Positions 20,200 through 29,005 of a stretch of DNA of 64,000 bases are shown here, piece by piece. The notes below the pieces were generated by a model that saw only the letters and a program-made list of their open reading frames with translations, was not told where the DNA came from and did not search any database. The DNA lies in the NCBI GenBank assembly GCA_913043225.1, contig CAJWLU010000001.1, positions 376,865-440,864 on the forward strand. The letters are read 5' to 3'. Both the position numbers and the translations under genes were made by a program. This DNA comes from an uncultured Acidobacteriota bacterium. GTDB lineage: Bacteria > Acidobacteriota > Vicinamibacteria > Vicinamibacterales > UBA8438. Each line of letters opens with the position of its first letter. Position 1 is the stretch's first letter.

Positions 20200-21414
20200 C
20201 TACTGGGAGGCTTGAACCAGGCTGCGCTCGAGCTCCAGTTCGATCGCGGCCTCAAAGAACCGCACCTGCAGCCCGCCTTTCACGACCACCCCGTTGATGA
20301 CGAAGGTCGGCGTCGCCTCGATCTCCACCTGCTCGCCGAGTGCAATGTCGGCTCGCACAGCCTCAAGGGTCTCGTCATACCGCTCGTCGAAGTCGGTCAT
20401 ACCAGTAACCTCCTCGAGCGCGACGCGCACCGACTCCCGTGAGAGCTCCACCTGATTCTCGTAGAGCCAGCGAACCATATCCGTCTCGTGCCCTTCCCGC
20501 CGCGCCAGGCGTACCGCCACCGCCGCCTCGCACGCGCCGGTATGTCCGCCACGCGGCGTCTGCGCGTTGCACTCGGGATCCAGCGGATAATCCAGTACCA
20601 CCTGACGCACAGCCCCCGGATGACTCGACTCGAAACGGGCAAACACCGGCTCGTAGGCCGAATGGGTCTGCGCACAGGACGGACACTGGTAGTCGTTGAA
20701 CTTCAACACCTGCACCTGCGCCCCGTCCCGCGGCACGTCGAGATCGACCCTGGGCTGCCCATCCCAGAACCGCTCAAACTCCGACTCTTGGGACGCCGGC
20801 GACGCCTCGTCAGGGCTAGAAAGTACCGAGCGGCCGAGCGCAGGCTCCCGCTCGCCAGGCATCGCCACCACCGCACCCAAGGTCAGACCGAGATAGGCCA
20901 CAGTCGCCGCCACCGCCATCGGGCTGCGGACCAGTCTGGCAAGATCTGCCGCCGTCCGCCCCGGCATGGACCGCAGCGGCGCCGAACTGAGCGCCCCTGA
21001 CAGCAGAAAGATTCCGACCACGGCCACATACACCACGACGCACAGGACGCAAACGGCGCCAAGCACCATGAACGAGGCGTAGCCGAGAAACAACACCACC
21101 GCCAGTCCCAGGGTCGACAGCACCAGGAGATAGGAGCCCAGGTTCTCATCAAGCTCCGTCGACCGACCGGTGGCCAGCGTGAGCAGCCCGACCAGCGCAA
21201 ACCAGCTCGCGCCGAGCAACGCGACAGGAATGCCCCCAAACGAACCGAATCGGCTCCGATACACCTGGGTGCAGCTGACGCTCTCGTTAATGTCGCAGAA
21301 ACTGGTGTACTCGGGATCGGCGAGCATCTGGTAGTGCACCCAGGTAGACGTCAAGGACGCTCCGAACCCGACCAGGACCAACAGCAGAATTCCGCCGCGA
21401 ACTCGCGTACTCAT
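20200..21414 (-). CDS. VKOR-DsbA/thioredoxin fusion disulfide oxidoreductase
   Basis: VKOR loop cysteines FCDINESVSC, TM CVLC; C-terminal DYQCPSC and TPTFVING cis-Pro loop. Confidence 0.92.
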   Translation of the reverse strand: MSTRVRGGILLLVLVGFGASLTSTWVHYQMLADPEYTSFCDINESVSCTQVYRSRFGSFGGIPVALLGASWFALVGLLTLATGRSTELDENLGSYLLVLSTLGLAVVLFLGYASFMVLGAVCVLCVVVYVAVVGIFLLSGALSSAPLRSMPGRTAADLARLVRSPMAVAATVAYLGLTLGAVVAMPGEREPALGRSVLSSPDEASPASQESEFERFWDGQPRVDLDVPRDGAQVQVLKFNDYQCPSCAQTHSAYEPVFARFESSHPGAVRQVVLDYPLDPECNAQTPRGGHTGACEAAVAVRLARREGHETDMVRWLYENQVELSRESVRVALEEVTGMTDFDERYDETLEAVRADIALGEQVEIEATPTFVINGVVVKGGLQVRFFEAAIELELERSLVQASQ

Positions 21415-21466
21415 CTATCTCGGCTCTCCTCGCGAACGAGACGGGAACTCCGTCCAAAGATGGACA

Positions 21467-21525
21467 GATACCCCCTCGCTCGACACCGTCGACCGGTAAC
21501 AGTCGACGCGTCTTCACCGGGTATC
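21467..21525 (-). terminator. stem-loop downstream of the pilin gene (partial terminator or 3' stabiliser)
   Basis: GATACCC/GGGTATC outer stem enclosing CGTCGAC/GTCGACG hairpin; no strong U tract. Confidence 0.45.
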
Positions 21526-21528
21526 GGA

Positions 21529-22056
21529 CTACTGGATCGGCGTCGCGCCAGCCGGAGCGCCGTTCTGCGTGACCGGCACGGCTGCCGTGGACTGATAGAT
21601 GGTAGCGCCCTGGTTGGTACCGAAGAAGCGCACGCCACCTCCGGCGGTCGGCGCTCCAGACACAAAGTAGGTCGACACGACCGTCCCGGCCGCCGCGCCG
21701 TTACAGGAGGCTGGCGCACCAGTCGCAGCCGATCCCGGCGTCATGGCGATGGTGTAACTGCTCTTGACGGACGGATCGGTGTTCAGGTCGGTGCCGATGA
21801 ACCCGTCCCCGCCGCCGACGGTGGGCGGTGTGCCCAGCCTGAGCAGGGTCGGGGCGTAGAACCCGCTCCCACAGCTCGCAGCGAACGTGGATTGGGCGCT
21901 GTTGACCGCGCGCAGCGAGCCGATGGCCGACGCCTCATTGCCGGACATACGCGCCCGGAGCAGGCCTGGCACAGCAATCGCGGCGATGATTCCGATGATC
22001 GCGACAACGATCAACAATTCGATCAGGGTGAAACCAGCGTCGTTACTCCGCCTCAT
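21529..22056 (-). CDS. pilA: type IVa pilin, probably the major pilin
   Basis: Short leader MRRSNDAG|FTLIELLIVVAIIGIIAAIAVP with E5; two Cys; AAGGAG SD. Confidence 0.88.
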   Translation of the reverse strand: MRRSNDAGFTLIELLIVVAIIGIIAAIAVPGLLRARMSGNEASAIGSLRAVNSAQSTFAASCGSGFYAPTLLRLGTPPTVGGGDGFIGTDLNTDPSVKSSYTIAMTPGSAATGAPASCNGAAAGTVVSTYFVSGAPTAGGGVRFFGTNQGATIYQSTAAVPVTQNGAPAGATPIQ

Positions 22057-22176
22057 GGTGCGTCTCCTTGGTCGAGCTCCGCGGCGATCTGGCCACGACC
22101 GGCTCGACACCAGGGTATGTGAGCGGCGCTCTCCCCTTGAGTGCACCGGACCACAACTTCAAGTGCAACGATCCTT

Positions 22177-22192
22177 CGCAAGGATGGGTCCA
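22177..22192 (-). promoter_or_regulatory. candidate sigma54 (-24/-12) promoter of the pilin
   Basis: Minus strand TGGACCCATCCTTGCG = TGG-N8-TTGC. Confidence 0.55.
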
Positions 22193-22284
22193 CCAAAGCG
22201 CCTTCCATTAAGTCATAAGTCTTTCTGCCATGAAACAAAGGGCATCTGTCAATGTTCCCGATCCGGCCGCGTGCCCGTCGAGGG

Positions 22285-22329
22285 TGACATTTTCTGCCAT
22301 GGACAAGAATTGACAACCAGTCGTTGTCA
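22285..22329. promoter_or_regulatory. candidate enhancer-binding-protein (PilR-like) sites
   Basis: TGACA-N5-TGCCA (22285-22299) and perfect inverted repeat TGACAAC-N5-GTTGTCA (22311-22329) in AT-richer DNA. Confidence 0.55.
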
Positions 22330-22419
22330 GGCCGTTAACCTTTACCCGAAGTGGTACTTCTTCAGGCAGTAGCGGACGAAGCGGAAGCTCATCCCCAGCA
22401 GGGCGGCGGAGCGACCAGC

Positions 22420-23427
22420 TCAGAAACCGACGCGGGCGGATACGCCCCAGCTCCGTTCATCATCGTTGCGACTACGCGTCACCTGACCGTCAAGCCAAAA
22501 TCCTGAGGTTAGCTCGACGCTAACGCCAACCGCACCCACCGGAGCTGGGTCGCCGCGCTCAAGATCGTAGCGACTGCCGGCCCGGACCGCGAACCTGGAA
22601 AAACGCTGCTCAACTCCAGCCGCCACGATCCGACGCGGACCATGCAGGGTCTCGGTTGTCGATAGATCAGCATCGAGCGCCACGAGCAAGGACTCCCGAG
22701 GACGCAGGGCGATGCCCCCGCGGAGCTGACGCTTGAGCACGAGGGTGACCTCATTCGAGGCGGCGAACTCGGACTCCCTGATGTTGCGCGCGACCACCCC
22801 GACCCGCACCAATCCAGTGCCGGCCACGATGCCCACATCGAGGTCGAAGCGGTTCGTGGTGTGGGTCTCCAGGGTCGAGGCTTGGTCGACGAAGTCGTCG
22901 ACCGGAGCAACGCCGTCGGAGAAACCGACCCCAACCGTCCCGCGCACGATCTTGACCACCGTTGCAATCGCCAGACCCGGCGAGATCGGCTGCACGAAGG
23001 TCGCGCCGAGGTGCTGGGTCGTGAGCGATCGGAGGAAGGCTGACCCCTCGGCCCGCGGAGCAGCCTGCCAACTACGGAGTCGATAGTAGCTGAAACCAAG
23101 AGACGGGGTCGCGAAGGAGGTCAGAACCGTGAGGTCGTCGTTCGACTCCCGTAGCCCGACGTCGCTACGGATTCGGCGCCCGGTCCGCTGACCTTCGGCC
23201 ACGGCGCTGAAGAACATCGTAGCCAGGCCAGCCGGGTTCCAGTAGTTGGCGCTGGCGTCGTCGGCGACCGCAACGAACGCACCTCCCATGCCAAGTGCCC
23301 GGGTACCGACCGACTCGAACACCTGCGCTGGAGCGAGCGCGGGGCTCCCTCCCAGTACCAACAACGCCAACCCGGCACGCCGCCACCCGGCGAACAAGGC
23401 CGGCCGGCGGGCGAAAGCGCCCTTCAT
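22420..23427 (-). CDS. outer-membrane beta-barrel (FadL/TraF_2/PorV-like)
   Basis: Signal peptide, GTRALGMGGAFVAVADDASANYWNPAGLA motif, terminal Phe; ATG overlaps upstream stop (ATGA). Confidence 0.8.
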   Translation of the reverse strand: MKGAFARRPALFAGWRRAGLALLVLGGSPALAPAQVFESVGTRALGMGGAFVAVADDASANYWNPAGLATMFFSAVAEGQRTGRRIRSDVGLRESNDDLTVLTSFATPSLGFSYYRLRSWQAAPRAEGSAFLRSLTTQHLGATFVQPISPGLAIATVVKIVRGTVGVGFSDGVAPVDDFVDQASTLETHTTNRFDLDVGIVAGTGLVRVGVVARNIRESEFAASNEVTLVLKRQLRGGIALRPRESLLVALDADLSTTETLHGPRRIVAAGVEQRFSRFAVRAGSRYDLERGDPAPVGAVGVSVELTSGFWLDGQVTRSRNDDERSWGVSARVGF

Positions 23428-23975
23428 CCCACGAGAACGGCGGCGGCAATGACGGTCGTCCAGAGACCGTTCTTGTCGCCAACCGCAGTCTGGGTCACGT
23501 TCTGCGTGCGGACAATCTGGTTGGACAGGCGATAGACCTCTTTCTTCTCGTCCCAGCTCTTGTCCGGATCGAAGTCTAGGCCTAGGGTGGTAGCAAGCAT
23601 CTCGGCGGCTAGTTCCTCGGCATAGTCGCCGGCCGTCTCTTCGTTCTCGCCGAAACTGTGGTGCTCGGAGAGATACCCGAACAACTTTCGGTCGCGCGGA
23701 ATCGCCACGCCGATGGTCGCGGCGATGAGCCGGTGCGCCTCCTGCGTGGCGGCCTCGGACATGACGACGAAGGTGACCTGCCCCGGCTTGAGACGCCGGA
23801 TCCCTTCGGCCTTGGACAGAATCTTGCAGCCAGGCGGGAAAATGCTTGAAACCCGCACGAGATTGCAAGCGGCGATGCCGGCCGACCGCAAAGCAAGCTC
23901 GAAGGAGGTCAGCTTCTCCCGGTGCTTGCCCACGCCCTTAGTGAAGAAGAGCTCCTTCGGGACGAGATCAATCAC
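23424..23975 (-). CDS. pdaD: pyruvoyl-dependent arginine decarboxylase
   Basis: SFELALRSAGIA.CNLVRVSSIFPP self-cleavage Ser-Ser, GYLSEHH, WTTVIAAAV; start set at GTG 23975 from GGAG SD and promoter position. Confidence 0.92.
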   Translation of the reverse strand: MIDLVPKELFFTKGVGKHREKLTSFELALRSAGIAACNLVRVSSIFPPGCKILSKAEGIRRLKPGQVTFVVMSEAATQEAHRLIAATIGVAIPRDRKLFGYLSEHHSFGENEETAGDYAEELAAEMLATTLGLDFDPDKSWDEKKEVYRLSNQIVRTQNVTQTAVGDKNGLWTTVIAAAVLVG

Positions 23976-24004
23976 AGATGGCTCCGGCGGGACGACACTC
24001 GCGG

Positions 24005-24033
24005 ACACTAGGTCAACCCCGGTCCGGTGTCAA
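24005..24033 (-). promoter_or_regulatory. sigma70-type promoter of the pdaD operon
   Basis: Minus strand TTGACA-17nt-TAGTGT. Confidence 0.7.
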
Positions 24034-24203
24034 GGAAAGCGGTCCGGCAGGCTGAACTTTCGCCTCGAACCGACCGTCTAAGTACAAGACGACGGGCAGG
24101 GCTTGACCAGCTGCGGTCCGAGTGAGACTGCAGCAACGAAGTACAATGGGTGATTGGGGTTACAGGGCCACGTCACCCCGGGCCGGCGCCGACCACCGAA
24201 GCT

Positions 24204-24941
24204 ATGTCCGACGAACTCCGCGCCCCCATGCAACAGACGGCCGCGGCCGAGCCTGGCCCGATCAGCCGCCTGTTCGGCGTGCTGTTCGCGCCGCGCAAGA
24301 CCTACGAGACCATCGTGCGGGCGCCGAAGGTGCTGGGCGCCCTGATGGTCGTCACGCTCGCCGTGGCCGGCGGCGCAGGAGTGATACTCAGCACAGAGGT
24401 AGGCCAACAGGCGGCGCTCGAACAGCAACTGGATGCGATGGAGTCATTCGGGATTTCCGTGAACGACGAGATGTACACCCAAATGGAGCGCCAGATGGGT
24501 AACGCCGTCTACTTCAGCATCGGTGGCGCGGCCATCGGGATCCCGCTCTTGGGCCTGGTCGTTGCTGGGGTGCTATGGTCGGTGTGCTACGTCGTGCTGG
24601 GCGCGCATGCGCCGTTCAAGGCGATGTTCGCCGTCGTCGCCCACGCCGGTGTCGTGAATATCGTCCAGCAGGCGTTCGTATTGCCACTGAACTATGCTCG
24701 GGGCGCTATGAACAGCCCCTCGACCCTCGCCGCCTTCTTCCCTATGCTCGAGGAAAGCACGTTCGCGCAGAGTACGCTCGCAGCTGTGGATCTCTTCATC
24801 GTCTGGCAGCTATTCATCGTGGCGATTGGTGTCGGCGTACTCTATGGACGGCACACCGGACCGATTGCCACGACGTTCTACGTGTTGTACGCCCTAATCG
24901 CCACCGGGATCGGATCGGTACTCTCCCAAATCGGAGGATGA
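24204..24941 (+). CDS. Yip1-domain membrane protein (YknW-like)
   Basis: About 5 TMs, LFAPRKTYE..., DLFIVW; precedes MFP and MacB-like permeases; start uncertain. Confidence 0.78.
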   Translation: MSDELRAPMQQTAAAEPGPISRLFGVLFAPRKTYETIVRAPKVLGALMVVTLAVAGGAGVILSTEVGQQAALEQQLDAMESFGISVNDEMYTQMERQMGNAVYFSIGGAAIGIPLLGLVVAGVLWSVCYVVLGAHAPFKAMFAVVAHAGVVNIVQQAFVLPLNYARGAMNSPSTLAAFFPMLEESTFAQSTLAAVDLFIVWQLFIVAIGVGVLYGRHTGPIATTFYVLYALIATGIGSVLSQIGG

Positions 24942-24945
24942 GTCG

Positions 24946-26325
24946 TTGACGGTGCTACGTAAAAGTCTGATCGCAATTTTCATCGTCGCCATCGGCGGCG
25001 CACTGGTCTACTTCAACCTGACGTTCGAACGCTCCTCGGGACCCGAGGTGGAGGTCGAGAGGGTCGAACGCAGAAACTTGGAGGCACTGGTATCGGCCTC
25101 GGGCACAATCGTGCCCCAGCTGACCGTGGACATCTCGGCAGACACCATGGGCCGAGTGACCCGGCTAGCGTTCGACGAAGGCGACCGGGTTGACCGAGGC
25201 CAGTTCCTGCTCGAGATCGACCCCGAAACCCTTCGCTCGGCCGTGGACCGAGGCGAAGCGTCGCTGCGTGCATCCCGCTCGTCGCAGCGACAGCTCGAAG
25301 TAGCGGTCGAGACGTCGCAGGTGAATCTTGCCCTCTCGCGCGACAACCTGGAGCGTCAGCAGAACCTGTGGGAGCTGCGATTGATCTCGCGTGAGGCGTA
25401 CGACCAGGCGCTGACCGACGTCACGTTAAGGGAAACCGAGCTGCAGGCCCGCGAGGTCGATGTCGCGACTCAAGTCGAGAGGATCCGGCAAGAGGAGGCC
25501 AGCCTCGAAAGCGCGCGCTACGAACTGACGAAGGTGACAATCACCTCACCGTTCGCCGGCGTGGTGACACGCCGCAACATCGAGGAAGGCGAGACCGTCG
25601 TGGTAGGCACCATGAACAATGCCGGCACGGTACTCGCGACCATCGCGGATCTGTCGGTGATCGAAGCCGAAGTGGAGGTGGACGAGACCGACATCCCGAG
25701 TATCGAATTGGGCCAACTTGCCATCGTCACTATCGACGCGCTACCCGACGACGAGTTCACCGGAGTGGTGACCGAAATCGGTAACAGCCCGATCCAGGCT
25801 GGCGGTCAGGGCGCCGGCACCCAGGCCACCACGTTCAAGGTGGTCGTGACGCTCGACGACGAGATTCCGGGCGTTCGCCCCGGCTTCACCTGCACCGCCG
25901 ACATCACGACCGCGTTCCGCACGGCTTCGCTCTCGATCCCGATTCAGGCCGCCACGGTCCGTGAGGTTGTGGTCGACGCCAGCGGCAACCTGTTGCGCAA
26001 CAACACGAACGACCGGCGGCGACCTGGCGTCAGCTCGCAGGTATCTGCGGCAGAACTTCCGCCGGGAGGTTCAGAGGAAGAAATCGAAGGCGTGTTCGTA
26101 GCGCGCCAAGGCCGTGCCGTTTTTGCTCCGGTCGATACTGGCATCGCCGGCGAGCGGTATTTCGAGGCACTCAACGGTATCCAAGAGGGAGACCTCATCA
26201 TCACCGGACCGTTCAGCGAGGTCAGGAACCTGACGGACGGCGACGACATCAGGATCGCTAGCGGCAATGAGTCGTCAGAGGCCGGTGAGAGAAGCGGCGG
26301 CTTCCAGTTCAGGTTCGGAAGGTAG
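24946..26325 (+). CDS. efflux periplasmic adaptor (HlyD/MacA family)
   Basis: N-terminal TM, lipoyl half-motifs EGDRVDRGQFL and ITSPFAGVV, EVDETDI. Confidence 0.93.
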   Translation: MTVLRKSLIAIFIVAIGGALVYFNLTFERSSGPEVEVERVERRNLEALVSASGTIVPQLTVDISADTMGRVTRLAFDEGDRVDRGQFLLEIDPETLRSAVDRGEASLRASRSSQRQLEVAVETSQVNLALSRDNLERQQNLWELRLISREAYDQALTDVTLRETELQAREVDVATQVERIRQEEASLESARYELTKVTITSPFAGVVTRRNIEEGETVVVGTMNNAGTVLATIADLSVIEAEVEVDETDIPSIELGQLAIVTIDALPDDEFTGVVTEIGNSPIQAGGQGAGTQATTFKVVVTLDDEIPGVRPGFTCTADITTAFRTASLSIPIQAATVREVVVDASGNLLRNNTNDRRRPGVSSQVSAAELPPGGSEEEIEGVFVARQGRAVFAPVDTGIAGERYFEALNGIQEGDLIITGPFSEVRNLTDGDDIRIASGNESSEAGERSGGFQFRFGR

Positions 26326-26332
26326 CGAAGAG

Positions 26333-27556
26333 ATGCGTCGAGCCGCTGACCTGACCGTTATCGCCCTGCAGGCCATCTGGGCGAATAAGTTGCGGTCACT
26401 CCTCACCGTGCTCGGAAACATTGTAGCGGTAGCCTCAATCATCGCCGTGGTGTCCCTTATCCAGGGGGTCAACGAGGAGGTCAGCGGCGCCATCGTCTCG
26501 CAGTTCGGGGCTGACTCCTTCAGCATTCAGCGCCGAGGGATGGTGATGACGGAGGAAGACATCGAGCGAGCGAGAAACAACCCGCTGATCACGCTCGACG
26601 ACGCGGAAGCAATCCGGCGGCTGGCCGACTCGGTGGACTCGGTGATGGCGCAGAGTGGTCGTAGCGGTGAGGTGCGCTATCGGGACCAGGTTCTGGAGAA
26701 CGTCGGCATCCGTGGGGTAACGAGCGAGTACATCAACTTCCCGACCTTCACTGCAGAACAGGGCCGGCTGATGAGCCCGACCGAAGTCGATCGCAACCGT
26801 AGCGTCGCGCTGCTTGGCTTCGACACCGCTGACAGTCTATTCGGCACCCTCGACCCTATCGACAAGACCATCAAGATCCAGGGCGTCAACTTCCGGGTGA
26901 TCGGGGTGAGCGAGCCGACCCCCTCAACATTCGGTCAATCCCAGGACGAGTACGTGATCCTCCCCATGGGTCGGTTCAGGAAGCTGTTCGGTTCGCGCCC
27001 GTCGCTAGAGCTTACCGTTCGCCCTAACACCCCTGAACAAATCGATCGGGCAATCGACGAAGCGACGGTAGCGCTGCGCATTGACCGGCGGCTGCGCGCG
27101 AACGAAGAGGACGACTTCGGAGTGTTCACTTCCGACACGGTCCTTGGACTTTATGAACAGGCTACCACCGGGATCTTCGCTGTTCTGGTCGGCATCGTCG
27201 GCCTGTCCCTGCTGGTGGGCGGCATCGTGATCATGAACATCATGCTTATGGTGGTATCCGAACGCACCCGCGAGATCGGACTGCGCAAAGCACTCGGGGC
27301 GCGTCGCCGGGACCTACTCTGGCAGATACTCGCCGAGTCGGTAATCCTCTCCGTCAGCGGGGGACTCGTCGGAACCGCCATAGGCTGGGGTGTAGCCATT
27401 GGACTGAGCTCACTTAGTCCCGTACCTGCTGTGGTCCATCCTTGGTCGGTGGTCCTCGGCGTGACGATGACTGCCGTCGTCGGCCTCTTCTTCGGTCTAT
27501 ATCCTGCTTCCAAGGCTGCCTCACTCGACCCGATCACGGCGCTCGGCCGTGGTTAA
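26333..27556 (+). CDS. MacB/FtsX-family ABC permease
   Basis: NKLRSLLTVLG, VGGIVIMNIML..ERTREIGLRKALGA, LDPITAL. Confidence 0.94.
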   Translation: MRRAADLTVIALQAIWANKLRSLLTVLGNIVAVASIIAVVSLIQGVNEEVSGAIVSQFGADSFSIQRRGMVMTEEDIERARNNPLITLDDAEAIRRLADSVDSVMAQSGRSGEVRYRDQVLENVGIRGVTSEYINFPTFTAEQGRLMSPTEVDRNRSVALLGFDTADSLFGTLDPIDKTIKIQGVNFRVIGVSEPTPSTFGQSQDEYVILPMGRFRKLFGSRPSLELTVRPNTPEQIDRAIDEATVALRIDRRLRANEEDDFGVFTSDTVLGLYEQATTGIFAVLVGIVGLSLLVGGIVIMNIMLMVVSERTREIGLRKALGARRRDLLWQILAESVILSVSGGLVGTAIGWGVAIGLSSLSPVPAVVHPWSVVLGVTMTAVVGLFFGLYPASKAASLDPITALGRG

Positions 27557-27565
27557 CGACACCCC

Positions 27566-28855
27566 ATGACCAAGATTGGCGGCGGACTGTTCGGCGAAAT
27601 CGTCTCAATGGCGATGGACACGCTCCGGGAGCAAAAGGTCCGGTCTGGCCTGACGATCCTCGGCGTGGTCATCGGGATCATGTCGATCGTCGGCAGTACG
27701 TCGCTGATCCGGGGACTCGACGAATCACTGCGAAGCACCATCCAGTCGATGGGCCGAGACACAATCTTCGTCACCAAGTTCAGTGGCATCAGTCTGGGCT
27801 CTGGACGAGAGCTAACGGAGCTGCTCCGCCGCCCCAACCTGACCCCGGACGATGCCGAGGCAATCGCTGACCAGGCCGATACGCTTGCCTCGGTGAATCT
27901 GGTGCTCGGGCAAGGCGGCCAACCTACCCAGGAACGCATCTACCACCGGTCAGAGCAAACCAAGCGACTCAACATCTTCGGCTCCACCTCCAACTACCCA
28001 GAGGTGTTCAACGTCGAGGTAACGGAGGGACGGTTCTTCACGCCGGGTGAGACGCGGCGCCGTGCTCAGGTGGTGGTGCTTGGGCTTACGCCCGCGCAGG
28101 CCCTGTTCCCTAACACCGACCCGATCGGTAAACGGGTTCGGGTCGGCAACCTTCGCTATACCGTCATTGGGGTAACCGGAGAGAGCCCGAGTCCCGGCGG
28201 CTTCAACATGGGGCAGGACGACTTCGTGGTGATCCCGCACACCACTTACCAGAAGCAATTCGGCATCCGCGCCACACGGGCCTTCGGCGGAGAAATGCGC
28301 GCGGTAATGATAGCGGCGGTGCCACACGAGGACATTGACCGAGCCGACGCGATGGCCGACATCGAGCGGGTGATGCGGATCCGACACCGGCTGCGTCTCG
28401 ACGAGGAGAACGATTTCGAACTGATGACCCAGGACGCCATTCTGGGCCTGTGGGACCAGATCAGCGGAGCGACGTTCCTCTCTCTCATCGTGATCTCATC
28501 GATCGCGCTCCTCGTTGGCGGGATCGGGGTAATGGGGATCATGACGATCTCGGTCACCGAACGCACCCGCGAGATCGGTACTCGGCGAGCCATCGGCGCC
28601 AAACGACGAGAAATCCTCTGGCAGTTCCTGCTGGAAGCCTCGTTCTTGACGGCGGTGGGAGGCGTACTGGGCATTGCCTTGGGCAGCGCGATCGGCATTG
28701 GCGTGCACTTCGCGACTGGCTTCCCCATCTCGCTGCCGTGGTGGTCGTTCGCCCTCGGGCTCAGTTTCTCTGCCGGGGTGGGTATCCTCTTTGGTATGTT
28801 CCCCGCCATCAAGGCAGCACGCCTCGATCCCATCGAGGCACTCCGCTACGAGTAG
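27566..28855 (+). CDS. MacB/FtsX-family ABC permease
   Basis: KVRSGLTILG, VGGIGVMGIM..ERTREIG.RRAIGA, LDPIEALRYE. Confidence 0.94.
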   Translation: MTKIGGGLFGEIVSMAMDTLREQKVRSGLTILGVVIGIMSIVGSTSLIRGLDESLRSTIQSMGRDTIFVTKFSGISLGSGRELTELLRRPNLTPDDAEAIADQADTLASVNLVLGQGGQPTQERIYHRSEQTKRLNIFGSTSNYPEVFNVEVTEGRFFTPGETRRRAQVVVLGLTPAQALFPNTDPIGKRVRVGNLRYTVIGVTGESPSPGGFNMGQDDFVVIPHTTYQKQFGIRATRAFGGEMRAVMIAAVPHEDIDRADAMADIERVMRIRHRLRLDEENDFELMTQDAILGLWDQISGATFLSLIVISSIALLVGGIGVMGIMTISVTERTREIGTRRAIGAKRREILWQFLLEASFLTAVGGVLGIALGSAIGIGVHFATGFPISLPWWSFALGLSFSAGVGILFGMFPAIKAARLDPIEALRYE

Positions 28856-29005
28856 GGCTTCCAGACCCTCCCAACCGACTCCGTCGACCGGTACTCGAAT
28901 GCTTGAAGCGGGCTCGGCTGGTCCTATAGGATAGGGGTTTCGCCTAGTGTAGGTTAAAGGCCACCTTGCCCTGAAGGCTGGGACCGTCTGGAGGTTTGTC
29001 GAGCT

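Noticed and set aside
21529..22056. Geobacter-like conductive e-pilin
   Set aside because: The mature pilin is long (about 167 aa) with about 11 aromatic residues by hand count and none between positions 2 and 49.
22420..23427. Conjugative element suggested by a TraF-like barrel beside a pilin
   Set aside because: No relaxase, T4SS ATPase or integrase; the pilin is type IVa and the barrel motif is shared by many non-conjugative OMPs.
23428..23868. 482-aa version of the barrel ORF (22420-23868) overlapping pdaD
   Set aside because: The extension lies in another frame of pdaD; the signal peptide and ATGA coupling support a start at 23427.
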